Positions 40,672-52,368 are shown, numbered from the stretch's first letter. The stretch: 64,000 nucleotides of DNA from an uncultured Acidobacteriota bacterium (GCA_963702795.1 CAVPDY010000004.1:358847-422846), one strand, 5' to 3'. The notes: generated by a model not told the origin, from the sequence alone. Numbers and translations are program-made.

Positions 40672-42957
40672 TCACAGTTGGTCCACTCTCATCCAGTCGT
40701 CGAGATCCCGAGGGTGCGGCATTCGTCCTGTCGATTTCCATTGGTCGAACGCGTGGACAAATAGACGGCAACTGACCTGGCTTTCTTGATCGGTTGAGAT
40801 AAGTCCACGAGCCCTTTCGGCCAGGGCGTCAATGTTGACGTATCGGGAAAAATCCTCCAAGGCAAATCTGTACGTGCTATCTACAACTCGATCCCCCTCG
40901 ATTCTGTTCATCCCTTCAGTAAACGCCCTCAGGAGGGACAAGAAAGCGGAGTCGGGTTCCACGGTCTCGGCAACCCAAGTCCTTACTTCCTCTTCGGTGG
41001 TCCAATTGCACCAGAACTTCAGGATGTATCGAAGTCGCGGATGTGACAGCAGTTCCGAGCGCGTGGCTCTCCTGATCTTGTCGACGCATGCGTCCTTAAG
41101 AAGTCCTGCGTCCTCGCTGGAAAACAAGGGATCGATAGCCTTCTGGCGTTCTTCGTCAGATGATTCGAACGAAATCATCGGCAAATATAAGGCTGTGGTA
41201 TTTGCGATCGCCTCGCGCAGCGCATTGCCTCTAAGTTCAGCGGGGCGTCGTCGTAGAACGGCCTCGACGATCAAGACGGCTTGTATTTCTGGCGAAACTC
41301 GCGCGACACCACCGGATGACGGGACGAATAGTTCTCCCTCGGCGTCGAATAGGGCTGTGATAAAGGGTAGCGTGGTGTGCTCATTCACGATGGACGAGCT
41401 TTGCGCCTGCAACCGCACGATGGCCGCGCTGAGAAGCCCCTTTTCGTGGAAGTCTCTGAGCTTTTGAGCGACCCCCTGTCGGTCCCCTAAGACCACCAGT
41501 GCCACAAGGGAGGAGAATTCGCTGTCCGAGAGGTCCTCGGGGGACAGCGAGAACCTAAAATAGCGTTCAAATATTTCGGGGTGACACGGCCTCAAATCTT
41601 TTAGCCATTCGCTTCGGAAGGCGCTGGCCGAAATTTGTGACCCACTTAGTGCGACAGCTACAGGAGGGAAAACGGTCTCGATAATGCTCCTTGCGCTGGC
41701 TCTGTGGCTGGCGCTTTCAAGGAGGGCCTCTGCGCGTTGCTTCTTCCCTTCTGGGAGTCCCACGATCGATCCATGTTCGCCCGTCAGAAGCGCCCTTTCG
41801 GCGTGGAGCTTTTGATAAAGGGCCGGTTCGTACTGCCGCAAAACCTCAAGAGCAATAAGGTCGACCGGGTCGGCGTCGAAAGAGTCACCGCTCTTGTATA
41901 GTTCAAAATAAAATGAGAGCGCGTTCCCAAATCTCTTTACGTCTCGAAGTGTCTGGAAGTACGGCAAGACGCCGCGAAAGAAAAGCTTGGCCCAGCGCGG
42001 GCTGTTGAACCGTTTGTCTGCCGGGCTCCCCTGGACAACCTTGCTCACGACCGACTCAACAGCCGCCTCCAGCTCTTTGGCGCTAATCTTGGGAATATCA
42101 AAACCAACCTGAACAATTTTGGACAGGAACTGGGCTCCATCGACTTCGTCGTTTCGGGACAACGCAAGTTCGACTGTGTCCCTCTGAAAGAGCAATAAAT
42201 AGACCAAGCTGGGGAAATCGGCGTTTGCCTTAACCAGTTGGAACACCATCCTGACCTCTTCCGGCGTGAGCCGATCAAGATCGTCGACGACGACTAAAAC
42301 AGTTTTTCCCAGCTTCGCCATCAATAACCCAAGGTCGGTCTTGAGATCGTTAATGCCCTTGCGAGAAGCTTCCGCTTTCGCAGTGAGGTACGCCGCGACC
42401 TTGTCTGCCGCATCGCCGAACATCCCCAGTACACTCGCGATGGCGAGGGCCGCAATTCCAAAAATTACACGCGTGGTGTGAAAATACGAACTGTCCAGTC
42501 CAACAGGGGATACACCCAAGAGACCAGCGAGAACTAGAGACCCAATCAGCAGCTTTCGTAGGTGACCTGTAATTGAGGCGGCAGCAGATAGCATCGCGCC
42601 ATACATCCGAACTGTTCTCGCAGTCTCGGTTGCATCTTTACTCCTCGGGTCAGCACCGATCTTTGTGGATAGCTCCGCAAAAAACCCTTCAAATACCCTG
42701 TCTTGCGCCGCCCATTCCCACGGCGTGAACTCGAGCGGCGTGGTATGAGAACCCTACCGCGAGAGGGCATCTAGAACCATGTTTTTGAGCGAGGATTTCC
42801 CGGCGCCCCATGGGCCGTAGATCGCCAATACAAGGCTATCGTGCCCGCCCCATTGGTCTATGACTTTCGCGAGCGCCCTCGCGAATCCAGCCCTGCCCAA
42901 CTGGTCCTCGGCTAGGGTCTTGATGGGCCTTTCGGATGCGAATAAATGATCTGTCAT
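40672..42957 (-). pseudogene. KAP-family P-loop NTPase interrupted by one in-frame TAG (42754-42756)
   Basis: The ATG at 42957 gives MTDHLFASERPIKTLAEDQLGRAGFARALAKVI...LAIYGPWGAGKSSLKNMV (Walker A), ending LDALSR-TAG. The same frame continues GSHTTPLEFTPWEWAAQDRVFEGFF..., through the TM insertion typical of KAP proteins, then VLVVVDDLDRLTPEEV (Walker B). This is listed ORF 40672..42606. Confidence 0.85.
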
Positions 42958-43136
42958 CTTTAAATCGATGAGGCTTCCTGGCTCTGCGCCCTCACGTGGT
43001 AGAGCCGTCGCGGATTGTAACTCACAAGGCGCTTCCGAGGGCGGGTGGAGAAATCGTATGACAAACGAGGACGCACACGATAGGTTTTTATGCATGGAGA
43101 CAGCGAAGGTCTTCTGCGCACGGCAGATTTAGGAGG

Positions 43137-43337
43137 GAGCAACGTTTCCCAGAAGCCGCTCGATTGCTGGCGCTCGAACTGTACCGCGAGGATAAGGTCT
43201 CGATGGAACGCGCCGCCGAGCTATGCCGGACGCCCCTCGCCGCCTTTGAGGATTTTGCCGCGATGCGCAGTATTCCGCCCCTGCCGGGTGCCCCATCTTT
43301 CGCTCGCGAAAGGTGGGTCCTTTCTTCGTTCGAATGA
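43137..43337 (+). pseudogene. UPF0175-like (putative antitoxin) fragment lacking an N-terminus
   Basis: An unlisted frame reads EQRFPEAARLLALELYREDKVSMERAAELCRTPLAAFEDFAAMRSIPPL...-TGA. The LLALELYREGK.S...AAEL pattern is characteristic of UPF0175. Only a TTG at 43164 could serve as a start. Confidence 0.45.
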
Positions 43338-43519
43338 CTCAACGCTTTCGAACAAATCAATCCAAACCGGACCCAGCCGTTGGGTCCGGCTCACCTTGCT
43401 GCCGCAGGCCGTCGCGGAGCCGTCAGCGCAGCGACATTCCGGGCACTGCGGCTACTCGCGCACGCGCCCCACCCGAATAGCAAGAACGCCGGGAGCCCCA
43501 TCTGTCGCGGCAGCGACAG

Positions 43520-43756
43520 GTGGGTCCTTGTGCGCATTTTCGAGCGAAGTCTCACCAGCGCTATCGCCTCTTTTTCCGCTTTTCGAGCAAGGACAAAATA
43601 ATTGTCTACGTCTGGATCGAGGGTGAATCGACGTTGCGCAAGGCCGGGTCCAAGACGGATGCCTGCGCCGTCTTCAAAGCCATGCTGAAGGCCCGAAACC
43701 CGCCGCAATCGCTCGAGGCCCTGCTCCGCCGCGCCAGGGAGATGAGCGGCCGGTAA
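43520..43756 (+). pseudogene. C-terminal fragment of a YhaV-family toxin
   Basis: Listed ORF of 78 aa. HFRAKSHQRYRLFFRFSSKDKIIVYVWIEGESTLRKAGSKTDACAVFKAMLKARNPP matches the conserved C-terminal half of YhaV-type RNase toxins. The upstream ~180 nt show N-terminal-like pieces only in other frames, and a TAG lies in frame. Confidence 0.55.
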
Positions 43757-43936
43757 ACGAACGATGGCTGCCTGATCGCTGGCCGCGTTCGAAAACGCTC
43801 ACCCGCTTCCCAAACGGCCAACATCTCTTCGAAACCCATGTGCAGGCCGATCCCACCCATCGACAGGTGGATACTGATCGCAGGTCCTGGTACTGCTCCC
43901 CGCCGATTCGAAACTAGTACCATAAAGTAATAATTG

Positions 43937-43965
43937 TTTACAAAGATACCATTTTATGCTAGCAT
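43937..43965 (+). promoter_or_regulatory. Possible sigma-70-type promoter in an AT-rich patch
   Basis: TTTACA, a 17-nt spacer, then TAGCAT, about 220 nt upstream of the ATG at 44183. Pattern match only. Confidence 0.3.
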
Positions 43966-44182
43966 CTCGTATGACGCTCGCACTTCCCCTCCCCGCAGGC
44001 CACTACAATCTCGCAAACTCCTTCTCTCGCCCTGCGCTCTTTGCTCGCTCTTTTCGCTCTTGTGCATCGGCTCAACTCTTAACCTCACTGTTTTCAATCC
44101 CGTGCGCACTCTTTGAAAAAACCACCAGGGAGGGGGTAGGGGACGCACGAAAGTCAAAAATCTCACAAGGAGGCACAAAAAC

Positions 44183-44770
44183 ATGAAGACCCAGGCCCGC
44201 AAACAGGAAAAACAGGAAGACAATACAGATAGACCGACCGGAAATCGCTGCCGCTATCGCACTCCTACCGGACGCCGCTGCCGCGCCAAGCGCTCCAGCC
44301 CCAGTTCCCCTTTTTGCGCGCACCACCGCGCCATGGCCAAGAAGGCGCCCCTCGACGATATCGCTGCCGACCTCACCGCCCGGCTCAAGGATATTCGCGC
44401 CTCCATGCAATCCGCCGAGGGCGTCCACAACTTGCTCGCCGAACTCTACGTTCTCCTGGCCCAGGACCGCGTCTCTCCCCGCCGTGCCGCCGTGATGGCT
44501 TACCTATCCAGCCTCCTGCTCCGCACGCTTCCCGATGACGGCGCAGACGCAGAAGCACCGAGGACCGAGTATAAGTTTATTTTCGATCGCGTTCCCAAAC
44601 CCGAAGTCGAGGCCGCCGGCCCGATCACCGATGAGTCACAGCTAACCGAGCACTGGCCGGGCGCGATGTACACCGTGCGCACCACCTATGGCCCGGCCCC
44701 TAAACCTAAAGAGGATGCCGCACTCGACGAAAGTGAAGCCATCGCGAATTTCAAAGCCATTTCCACTTGA
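44183..44770 (+). CDS. Hypothetical protein with a basic N-terminal Cys/His motif
   Basis: Listed ORF of 195 aa, preceded by AAGGAGG. The N-terminus is RCRYRTPTGRRCRAKRSSPSSPFCAHH (C-x9-C-x12-C-x2-H). No family recognised. Confidence 0.55.
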   Translation: MKTQARKQEKQEDNTDRPTGNRCRYRTPTGRRCRAKRSSPSSPFCAHHRAMAKKAPLDDIAADLTARLKDIRASMQSAEGVHNLLAELYVLLAQDRVSPRRAAVMAYLSSLLLRTLPDDGADAEAPRTEYKFIFDRVPKPEVEAAGPITDESQLTEHWPGAMYTVRTTYGPAPKPKEDAALDESEAIANFKAIST

Positions 44771-44991
44771 AAGGAACGTCTGTCGGTGCGGGCCGTCTAA
44801 GCCGGCGGCGCCTGCTCCGGGACGGAAGCCTTGGACAGGGCGCTCACAAACGATCAAGTCGCCGCAACCAATGATGGCTTGACAGGCATCTCTATCGTTG
44901 TACGATATAGTTAAGCGAGAAGTCACTTGGACGACAGCAGGAGCCGGCGCTTCCTTTTGGTGTCCCTCACGATTTCTTGGACTGACTGCGT

Positions 44992-45384
44992 ATGGAGGGA
45001 GCAATGATGAGGGTACTCATCGTCGACGATAATTTCGGATATCGCAGGCTGCTGCGGCGGGTGCTGGAGGCGCAGCGGGATGTGGCGCTGGTGTTCGAGG
45101 CGGCCGACGGCGAAGAAGGCTTTCGACTGGCGAAGGAATTCAAGCCCGACATCGTGCTGATGGACATCGATATGCCCGGAGCCGACACGGACGGACTGGA
45201 GGCGACGCGGCGCATCAAGGAAGGCCTGGACGGCGCCGCCGTGGTCATCCTGTCGGCCCAGGACAGCGAAACGTATCGACAGCGCGCCGCGGAATGCGGC
45301 GCGGACGCTTATCTGCCAAAGGGCGTTTCGATTTTCGAGATTCTGTCGGCCATCCGCCAGGTGCAACCGACCAAGGCCGCGTAA
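44992..45384 (+). CDS. Stand-alone response-regulator receiver domain (CheY-like)
   Basis: Listed ORF of 130 aa. Motifs are RVLIVDDNFGYRRLL, DIVLMDIDMPG, VVILSAQD and YLPKG. Confidence 0.9.
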   Translation: MEGAMMRVLIVDDNFGYRRLLRRVLEAQRDVALVFEAADGEEGFRLAKEFKPDIVLMDIDMPGADTDGLEATRRIKEGLDGAAVVILSAQDSETYRQRAAECGADAYLPKGVSIFEILSAIRQVQPTKAA

Positions 45385-45549
45385 GAACACGACCGCCCCT
45401 TGCTCGCAAGGGGTAGCGCGCGTTGCGGCCGGCCGCCCGCGCTTTTGCTGCGCTTGAGTGCGCTTGACGTTTGAGTCTTGGAACTGCAAGGCCACAGGTT
45501 TCAAAGTGCGAAACCTGGGCACCCGCAGCCCGCGTCCGCAGAAAATCCC

Positions 45550-46125
45550 CTAAGTTGACGGCTCGTAGCAGAGGAAGACATTGCCGTTGCCGAAGGTTCG
45601 CGACTTGACCAACCTCAAAGGCAGCCTGTCGCTCATGCCGTCGAACATCGTTTTGCCAGGGGTTTTGCCGGCGCCCAGAGCGATGGGGATCACCACCATC
45701 TGGTATTCATCGATCAAGCGTTCTTGGGCTAATTGCGAGACGATGCTCGCGCTTCCCAAAATCGCCAGACCCGCGGCGGAATCTTTTTTCATCTGGCGCA
45801 CGGCTGCAACGATGTCGCCCTGGACCAGCGTCGTATTGTTCCAGGAGGCGTGGTCCAGGGTTCGCGAGAAGACGACCTTGGGGCGATTGTTCATGCGTTC
45901 GGCGACGGCGGGCATTTGCTGAGCGGCTTGTGGCGTCGGCCAGAAGCTGCGCATGAGGTCGTAGGTGACGCGGCCGAACAGGAGCGTGCCTCCGCCGCTG
46001 GCGTTTCCGGCGACGAAGGCGTTCCATTCAGCGTCGTCGCGGGACTTGGCCCAAGACATGTCGCCGTGGCTGTCAGCGATATAGCCATCAATCGAGACCA
46101 TATTAAAAACGATGAGTTTTGCCAT
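45550..46125 (-). CDS. Dihydrofolate-reductase-like (RibD C-terminal domain) family protein
   Basis: The ATG at 46125 follows GGAGGATC. The sequence is MAKLIVFNMVSIDGYIAD...LLFGRVTYDLM...KVVFSRTL...LAILGSASIVSQL...IDEYQMVVIPIALG. Confidence 0.85.
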   Translation of the reverse strand: MAKLIVFNMVSIDGYIADSHGDMSWAKSRDDAEWNAFVAGNASGGGTLLFGRVTYDLMRSFWPTPQAAQQMPAVAERMNNRPKVVFSRTLDHASWNNTTLVQGDIVAAVRQMKKDSAAGLAILGSASIVSQLAQERLIDEYQMVVIPIALGAGKTPGKTMFDGMSDRLPLRLVKSRTFGNGNVFLCYEPST

Positions 46126-46232
46126 GCCTTGATCCTCCATCTCTTCTTCGTAACGCCTTGACACGAGACAGCTGCTGGCATATGTTTTGGTGCCCACCGG
46201 GAAGCAACTCCAACCTACACGAGGGATGGCGC

Positions 46233-47411
46233 TTGAGCAAAGGATCAGCACGATTTTTCGCGCGTAGATTGTTCACAGATATCGCGTTGGGCTTCCTGGC
46301 TTTGTGCGCTGTGGTTTTGGCCGGCGCCACTGGCTTGCGGGCGCAGGGCGGCGCTGCGAAGGCGGAGCCGGATACCGTGGTGTACGCGGATGGGGAGAAG
46401 CTGGCCGGGCATTTCGAGGGCTTGATCGGTGGAGCGGCTAAATTCAAGAGCGACACGGTCGGAGAAATCACCATCGACCTGAGCAAGATCCAGGAGCTGC
46501 ACAGCTCGCAACGATTTGCGGTGATCAGGAACGGCGTAAAACTTGCCAAGGGGGAAACGGACGGCAAGGTTCTTCGCGGAACCATCTCGATTGCCAATCA
46601 AACCGTTACGGTTGATCCTGGCAACGGGCTGCCCACGCAGACCATCAAGGTCGGCGACGTGGGCAATATCGTTGATGAGGCCAGCTTCTTAAAGGCGCTG
46701 CAGAGTACGGGAATTTTGCACGATTGGAAGGGCGCGGTGGCCGTGGGCGCGTCGCTGGTCGAGGCGACGCAGAACAGCGTGAGCTTCAACACGACGGTGA
46801 ACCTGGTCCGCGCGATACCTCCTCCAGATGAAAACTGGCTCCCCGCGAGCAATCGGACATTGGTGGCGTTCAGCGACTCGTATGGCAAGGTGACGCAGCC
46901 GGGCACGCCAACAGTGGAAACGTCGATCTTCCATGCGGGGGCGGAGCGAGACGAGTACTTCGGCTCGAACGTGTATGCGTTTGGCTCGGTGGCCTTCGAT
47001 CACAACTTTTCGCAGGGCCTCGATTTGCAGCAGACGTATGGCGGAGGCTTCGGCTGGACCTTGATCAAGGAGGCCAAGCAGACGCTGGACTTGAAGGGCA
47101 GCATCGACTACGAACGGCAATCATTTGACGTGCCGGCGCTGGATCATAGCCTGGCGGTGTCCGTTTTCGCCGAGGACTATGCGCGAACGCTCGTGCATGG
47201 CATCGCGCTCAACGAGCAGCTTTCCGTGACCCCGGCCTGGACGCAGACGCAGGCCTACTCGGCGTATGCGAGCGTCGGGCTGGTCTTCCCGGTGTACAAG
47301 AGGTTCGGGTTCACCGTGAACGCCATCGATTCGTTCCTGAATGATCCGCCACCGGCGTTCAAGAAGAATTCGGTGCAGTTCACGACCGGGATTAGCTACA
47401 CGCTGCCTTAA
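46233..47411 (+). CDS. Outer-membrane beta-barrel protein, DUF481-like
   Basis: Listed ORF 46119..47411. Its 5' end would overlap the divergent gene, so the TTG at 46233 (signal peptide ...FLALCAVVLAGATGLRAQ) is preferred. The C-terminal two-thirds show alternating beta-strand patterns ending FTTGISYTLP. Confidence 0.6.
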   Translation: MSKGSARFFARRLFTDIALGFLALCAVVLAGATGLRAQGGAAKAEPDTVVYADGEKLAGHFEGLIGGAAKFKSDTVGEITIDLSKIQELHSSQRFAVIRNGVKLAKGETDGKVLRGTISIANQTVTVDPGNGLPTQTIKVGDVGNIVDEASFLKALQSTGILHDWKGAVAVGASLVEATQNSVSFNTTVNLVRAIPPPDENWLPASNRTLVAFSDSYGKVTQPGTPTVETSIFHAGAERDEYFGSNVYAFGSVAFDHNFSQGLDLQQTYGGGFGWTLIKEAKQTLDLKGSIDYERQSFDVPALDHSLAVSVFAEDYARTLVHGIALNEQLSVTPAWTQTQAYSAYASVGLVFPVYKRFGFTVNAIDSFLNDPPPAFKKNSVQFTTGISYTLP

Positions 47412-47784
47412 TTGACGGATTGCTCCCCTCGTTGTAACAGCGGCTTGGCGAGCCGGAACCCCGCAGGATTTCGATAGGGCCAATCGAAAAAGCGAATTTT
47501 ACATTTTGTTCAGGTCAGGTTACTAATAGCGTGGCAGTTCGTGCCTCAAGCTGCGCTTTTTCGGCTGTGCGCGCCGGGCATGGGGCGCGGGGCCGGGCGC
47601 AGGGGCTGCTGACCGCGGGCGGGGCATTACGGGGAGCGAATAAACCTCAGGTCGCTCCAGTCATCATTTTGACTCCAGACCCAAGAGAGGTCCTTCGTTC
47701 GGGGACTCACTCAGGACGACCACCCTTCATAGGGTGGTCGCTTTACAACATGATGCGGGCATGGTATTCAGGACTGATCAAGAA

Positions 47785-50700
47785 ATGAGCGAAAACTACC
47801 CAATTTTGGGCCTTCCGAAGGCACAAGGGCTGTATCGCCCGGAGCATGAGCACGATGGCTGCGGCATCGGCTTTGTGGCCGATATTCAGGGCCGGAAGTC
47901 GCACGACATCGTCATGAAGGGCGTGCAGATCCTGATCAACCTCACGCATCGCGGCGCGTGCGGATGCGATCCGCAGACCGGGGATGGCGCCGGGATTCTG
48001 ATCCAGATACCGCACGCGTTTTTCGAGCGCGAATGCAAGCGGCTGGGATTTGCGCTGCCGGCGGCGGGCGAATACGGCGTGGGGATGGTGTTCCTTCCCG
48101 TCGATCCGCACGAGAGGATTCTCTGCGAGGGAATCCTGGAGAAGATTGCCAAGGAAGAAGGGTTGAGCGTGCTGGGCTGGCGCGACACGCCGGTCAACGG
48201 GAACACGATTGGGCGGCTGGCGCGCAGTTCGCAACCTTATATCGAGCAGATTTTCATCAAGGGCGCGCCGGGGATGGACGAGGACGCGCTGGAGCGCAAG
48301 CTGTACGTGGTGCGGAAGCGCGCGGAAGCGGAGGTCGGGGAGTCGGACTTCAAGGAGAAGGAATTCTTCTACCTGCCGTCGCTTTCGTCGCGGACGATTG
48401 TCTATAAAGGGCTTTTGCTGGCGCCACAGATCACGGACTTCTACAAGGAATTGCTGGACAACGACGTGACCAGCGCGCTGTGCCTGGTGCACCAGCGCTT
48501 CTCGACCAATACGTTTCCGAGCTGGAAGCTGGCGCACCCCTACCGTTACGTCTGCCACAACGGCGAGATCAACACGCTGCGCGGGAACATGAACTGGATG
48601 TACGCGCGGCAGTCGGTGCTGGCGACGCCGCTTTTCGGCGAAGACATGAAAAAGCTGCTGCCGATCATCACGTTGGGCGGCAGCGATTCGGCGATGCTGG
48701 ACAACGCCGTGGAGCTGCTGACGCTGGCGGGACGCAGCCTGCCGCACGTGATGTCCATGCTGATTCCGGAGGCGTGGGATCACGACGCGACCATGCCGGA
48801 GGACGTCAAGGGATTCTACGAATACCACGCTTCGTTGATGGAGCCGTGGGACGGGCCCGCGGCGGTGGCGTTCACCGACGGGCGCGTGATCGGCGCGAAG
48901 CTGGATCGCAACGGGCTGCGTCCGGGGCGCTATCTGGTGACCAAGGACGGCCTGGTGGTGATGGCCTCGGAAGCGGGCGTGCTGCCGGTGAAGCCGGAGG
49001 ACGTGCGCATGAAGGGGCGGCTGGCGCCGGGGCGCATGCTGCTGGTTGATACCGAGCAGAAGCGCTTGATCTCGGATGAGGAGGTCAAGAAGGCTCTGGC
49101 GGCGCAGCAGCCTTACGCGCAATGGGTGAAGGAAAACCAGATCACGCTCGACCACCTTCCGACTCCGACGCGCGTGCATCCGACCGATCATGCCACGATG
49201 CTGATGCGGCAGCGCGCGTTCGGCTACACGGACGAGGACCTGAAGACGATTCTGCTGCCCTGCGCCACGGACGCGCAAGAGCCGGTTGGCTCGATGGGCA
49301 TCGATACGCCGCTGGCGTGCCTATCCGACCAGCCGCAACTGCTGTTCAACTATTTCAAGCAGACCTTCGCGCAAGTGACCAACCCGGCGATCGATCCGAT
49401 CCGCGAGGGCCTGGTGATGTCCCTCAACAGCTACATCGGCTCGGAGGGAAACATCCTCGAAGAGACGCCGCAGAATACGCACATGCTGAAGTTGCGCCAC
49501 CCGATCATCTCCAACTGGAGACTGGAAAAACTGCGGCGCGTGAGCTGGGGCAACTTCCTGGCGACCACGCTGCCGATGCATTTCCGAGTCGAAGGCGGAG
49601 AACAGCGCCTGGAGCAGGCGGTGGAAACTTTGTGCCGGCGCGCGTCGCTGGCGGTGCAGGCCGGCTACACGCTGCTGATTCTCTCCGACCGCGGCGTGGA
49701 CGAAGAGTACGCCGCGATCCCCAGCCTGCTGGCGCTCTCGGCCGTGCACAACCATCTGATTCGCGAGAAGACGCGCAATCAAGTGGCGCTGATCGTGGAA
49801 TCGGGAGAGCCGCGCGAGGTGATGCACTACGCGCTGCTGCTGGGCTACGGGGCGAGCGCCGTGAATCCATACCTGGCGATCGAAACTTTGGAAGACATGC
49901 ATCGCAGCGGCCTCTTCCCCGCCGGATATACCTGGGACAAGGTCTTCAAAAACTATATGAAGGCGATAGACAAAGGCCTTCTCAAAACTTTTTCGAAGAT
50001 GGGGATTTCGACGCTGCAGAGTTATCAGGGTGCGCAGATTTTCGAGGCCATAGGGCTGGAGCGCTCGCTGGTGGAACGCTACTTCACCGGCACGGCTTCG
50101 CGCATCGAGGGCGTGAGCCTGGCGGTGCTGGCGCGCGAGGCGCTGATCAAGCACCAATTCGCCATGCAGCCGCCCGGCGAATCGGAAACGGAGCTGCGCG
50201 TCGGGGGAGAATACCAATATCGGGTGCGCGGCGAGCGTCACCTGCTCAACCCGACGACGGTGAGCAAGCTGCAGCACGCGGTGAGGACGTCGAAGTTCGA
50301 GACGTTCCAGGAATTCGCGGCCGTGGTGAACCAGCAAAATCGCGACCTGCAGATGCTGCGCGGGATGTTCGACTTCAAGTCGGATGCGCCGCCAGTGCCG
50401 CTGGAGGAAGTTGAGCCCGCGGCGGAGATCGTCAAGCGCTTTGCGACTGGGGCGATGTCGTTTGGCTCGATCAGCAAGGAAGCGCACGAAACGCTGGCGA
50501 TCGCCATGAACCGCATCGGCGGAAAATCCAATACGGGCGAGGGCGGCGAAGATGAGGCGCGCTTCAAGCCGGATGCGAACGGCGACCTGCGACGCAGCGC
50601 GATTAAGCAAGTGGCTTCGGCGCGGTTTGGCGTGACCACCAATTACCTCGTCAATGCAGATGATTTGCAGATCAAGATCGCGCAGGGCGCCAAGCCCGGC

Positions 50701-52368
50701 GAAGGCGGGCAACTGCCAGGGCACAAGGTGGACGATTTCATTGCCAAGGTGCGCCACTCGATCCCCGGCGTCGGACTGATTTCGCCGCCGCCGCACCATG
50801 ATATTTATTCGATCGAGGACCTGGCGCAACTGATTTACGACCTGAAGAACGCCAATTCGCGCGCGCGAATTTCGGTGAAGCTGGTCGCGGAAGTGGGCGT
50901 AGGAACGGTGGCTGCGGGCGTGGCCAAGGCTCACGCCGACGTGATTTTGATCAGCGGGTACGACGGCGGGACGGGCGCCTCGCCGATCAGCTCGATCCGA
51001 CATGCGGGCGTGCCGTGGGAGCTGGGGCTTTCCGAAACGCAGCAGGTGCTGGTGATGAACGATTTGCGCAGCCGCGTGCGGCTGCAAGTGGACGGCAAGC
51101 TGCAGACCGGCCGAGACGTGGCCATCGCCGCACTGCTGGGCGCCGAGGAGTTCGGCTTCTCGACCGCGCCACTGATCTCGATGGGCTGCATCATGATGCG
51201 CAAATGCCACCTGAACACCTGCCCGGTGGGCGTGGCCACGCAGGACCCGGAACTGCGCAAGAAGTTCCAGGGGCAGCCGGAACACGTAATCAATTTCTTT
51301 TTCTTCGTGGCGGAGGATTTGCGGCGGGTGATGGCGCAGTTGGGATTCCGCACGGTGGACGAGATGGTCGGGCGGGTGGATTGCCTGGTGCAACGGAAAG
51401 ACGTCGAGCACTGGAAGGCCAAAGGGATTGATCTCTCGGCGGTGATCTACAATCCGCCGATGCCGAGGCACGTGGGCCGCAGGCGGACGCAAGCGCAAGA
51501 CCATGGCCTGGAAGCGGCGCTCGATCACAAGATTATTCCGCAGGCGCGGGAGTCGATCGAGAAGGGCCTGCCCATATCGCTCAGCCTGCCGATCAGCAAC
51601 GTGCACCGCACCGTAGGCGCCATGCTGAGCGGCGAAATCGCGCGAGTTCACGGCGGGGAGGGGCTGCCGGATGACACGATCCGCGTTCAGTTCAGCGGAT
51701 GCGCGGGACAAAGCTTCGGCGCGTTTTTGGCCAAGGGTGTGACGCTGACGCTCGAAGGCGAAGCCAACGATTACGTGGGCAAGGGGCTTTCCGGCGGCAG
51801 GCTGGTGATTTATCCACCGCGGGCGTCGGAATTCGTGCCCGAGGAAAACATTTTGGTGGGTAACGTCTGCCTGTACGGCGCGACCAGCGGCGAGGTTTTC
51901 TTCAATGGCATGGGGGGCGAGCGCTTCGCCGTACGCAACTCCGGGGCCACCGCTGTAGTGGAAGGCGTGGGCGACCACGGATGCGAGTACATGACTAATG
52001 GGCTCGTGGTGGTGCTGGGCAACACGGGCCGGAATTTCGCCGCGGGCATGACCGGCGGCATCGCGTACGTGCTGGACCAGAGCGGAAAATTTGAGACGGT
52101 GAGCTGCAATCGTGCCGAAGTGGACCTTGAGCCCGTGGTTGCACCGCAAGATATCGAGACGTTGCATCGATTGATCAGCCGCCACGGCGAACTGACGGGC
52201 AGTCCGCAGGCCAAATGGATTTTGCAGAATTGGGAGGCCACGCTGCCGAAGTTCATCAAGGTATTCCCGCACGAGTACAAGCGCGTGCTGGGGATCCCGC
52301 GTGTTTCGGCTGGCGTGCTGGTGGCGCAAGCAGCGGCGCAGTCGAGTGGGCCGGTGATTCGTGGGTAA
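47785..52368 (+). CDS. gltB: Glutamate synthase large subunit
   Basis: The ATG at 47785 gives MSENYP...[16 protein letters not shown], with the Ntn amidotransferase Cys. FMN and Fe-S blocks ([36 protein letters not shown]) and a C-terminal GXGXG domain follow. Confidence 0.97.
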   Translation: MSENYPILGLPKAQGLYRPEHEHDGCGIGFVADIQGRKSHDIVMKGVQILINLTHRGACGCDPQTGDGAGILIQIPHAFFERECKRLGFALPAAGEYGVGMVFLPVDPHERILCEGILEKIAKEEGLSVLGWRDTPVNGNTIGRLARSSQPYIEQIFIKGAPGMDEDALERKLYVVRKRAEAEVGESDFKEKEFFYLPSLSSRTIVYKGLLLAPQITDFYKELLDNDVTSALCLVHQRFSTNTFPSWKLAHPYRYVCHNGEINTLRGNMNWMYARQSVLATPLFGEDMKKLLPIITLGGSDSAMLDNAVELLTLAGRSLPHVMSMLIPEAWDHDATMPEDVKGFYEYHASLMEPWDGPAAVAFTDGRVIGAKLDRNGLRPGRYLVTKDGLVVMASEAGVLPVKPEDVRMKGRLAPGRMLLVDTEQKRLISDEEVKKALAAQQPYAQWVKENQITLDHLPTPTRVHPTDHATMLMRQRAFGYTDEDLKTILLPCATDAQEPVGSMGIDTPLACLSDQPQLLFNYFKQTFAQVTNPAIDPIREGLVMSLNSYIGSEGNILEETPQNTHMLKLRHPIISNWRLEKLRRVSWGNFLATTLPMHFRVEGGEQRLEQAVETLCRRASLAVQAGYTLLILSDRGVDEEYAAIPSLLALSAVHNHLIREKTRNQVALIVESGEPREVMHYALLLGYGASAVNPYLAIETLEDMHRSGLFPAGYTWDKVFKNYMKAIDKGLLKTFSKMGISTLQSYQGAQIFEAIGLERSLVERYFTGTASRIEGVSLAVLAREALIKHQFAMQPPGESETELRVGGEYQYRVRGERHLLNPTTVSKLQHAVRTSKFETFQEFAAVVNQQNRDLQMLRGMFDFKSDAPPVPLEEVEPAAEIVKRFATGAMSFGSISKEAHETLAIAMNRIGGKSNTGEGGEDEARFKPDANGDLRRSAIKQVASARFGVTTNYLVNADDLQIKIAQGAKPGEGGQLPGHKVDDFIAKVRHSIPGVGLISPPPHHDIYSIEDLAQLIYDLKNANSRARISVKLVAEVGVGTVAAGVAKAHADVILISGYDGGTGASPISSIRHAGVPWELGLSETQQVLVMNDLRSRVRLQVDGKLQTGRDVAIAALLGAEEFGFSTAPLISMGCIMMRKCHLNTCPVGVATQDPELRKKFQGQPEHVINFFFFVAEDLRRVMAQLGFRTVDEMVGRVDCLVQRKDVEHWKAKGIDLSAVIYNPPMPRHVGRRRTQAQDHGLEAALDHKIIPQARESIEKGLPISLSLPISNVHRTVGAMLSGEIARVHGGEGLPDDTIRVQFSGCAGQSFGAFLAKGVTLTLEGEANDYVGKGLSGGRLVIYPPRASEFVPEENILVGNVCLYGATSGEVFFNGMGGERFAVRNSGATAVVEGVGDHGCEYMTNGLVVVLGNTGRNFAAGMTGGIAYVLDQSGKFETVSCNRAEVDLEPVVAPQDIETLHRLISRHGELTGSPQAKWILQNWEATLPKFIKVFPHEYKRVLGIPRVSAGVLVAQAAAQSSGPVIRG

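Noticed and set aside
43606-43923. 105-aa minus-strand ORF (MVLVSNRRGAVPGPAISIHLSMGGIGLHMGFEEML...).
   Set aside because: Its 3' half is antisense to the YhaV-like fragment, and neither a recognisable domain nor an RBS is present.
47531-47560. Sigma-54-like element TGGCAGTTCGTGCC upstream of gltB.
   Set aside because: The GG-to-GC spacing is two nucleotides shorter than the TGGCAC-N5-TTGC consensus and the -12 element is poor.
47717-47740. 9-bp stem hairpin CGACCACCC-TTCATA-GGGTGGTCG, 45 nt upstream of the gltB ATG. Considered as a possible attenuator or riboswitch.
   Set aside because: There is no U-tract, no alternative pairing and no resemblance to a known riboswitch core that I can see. 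It is noted only as a leader structure.
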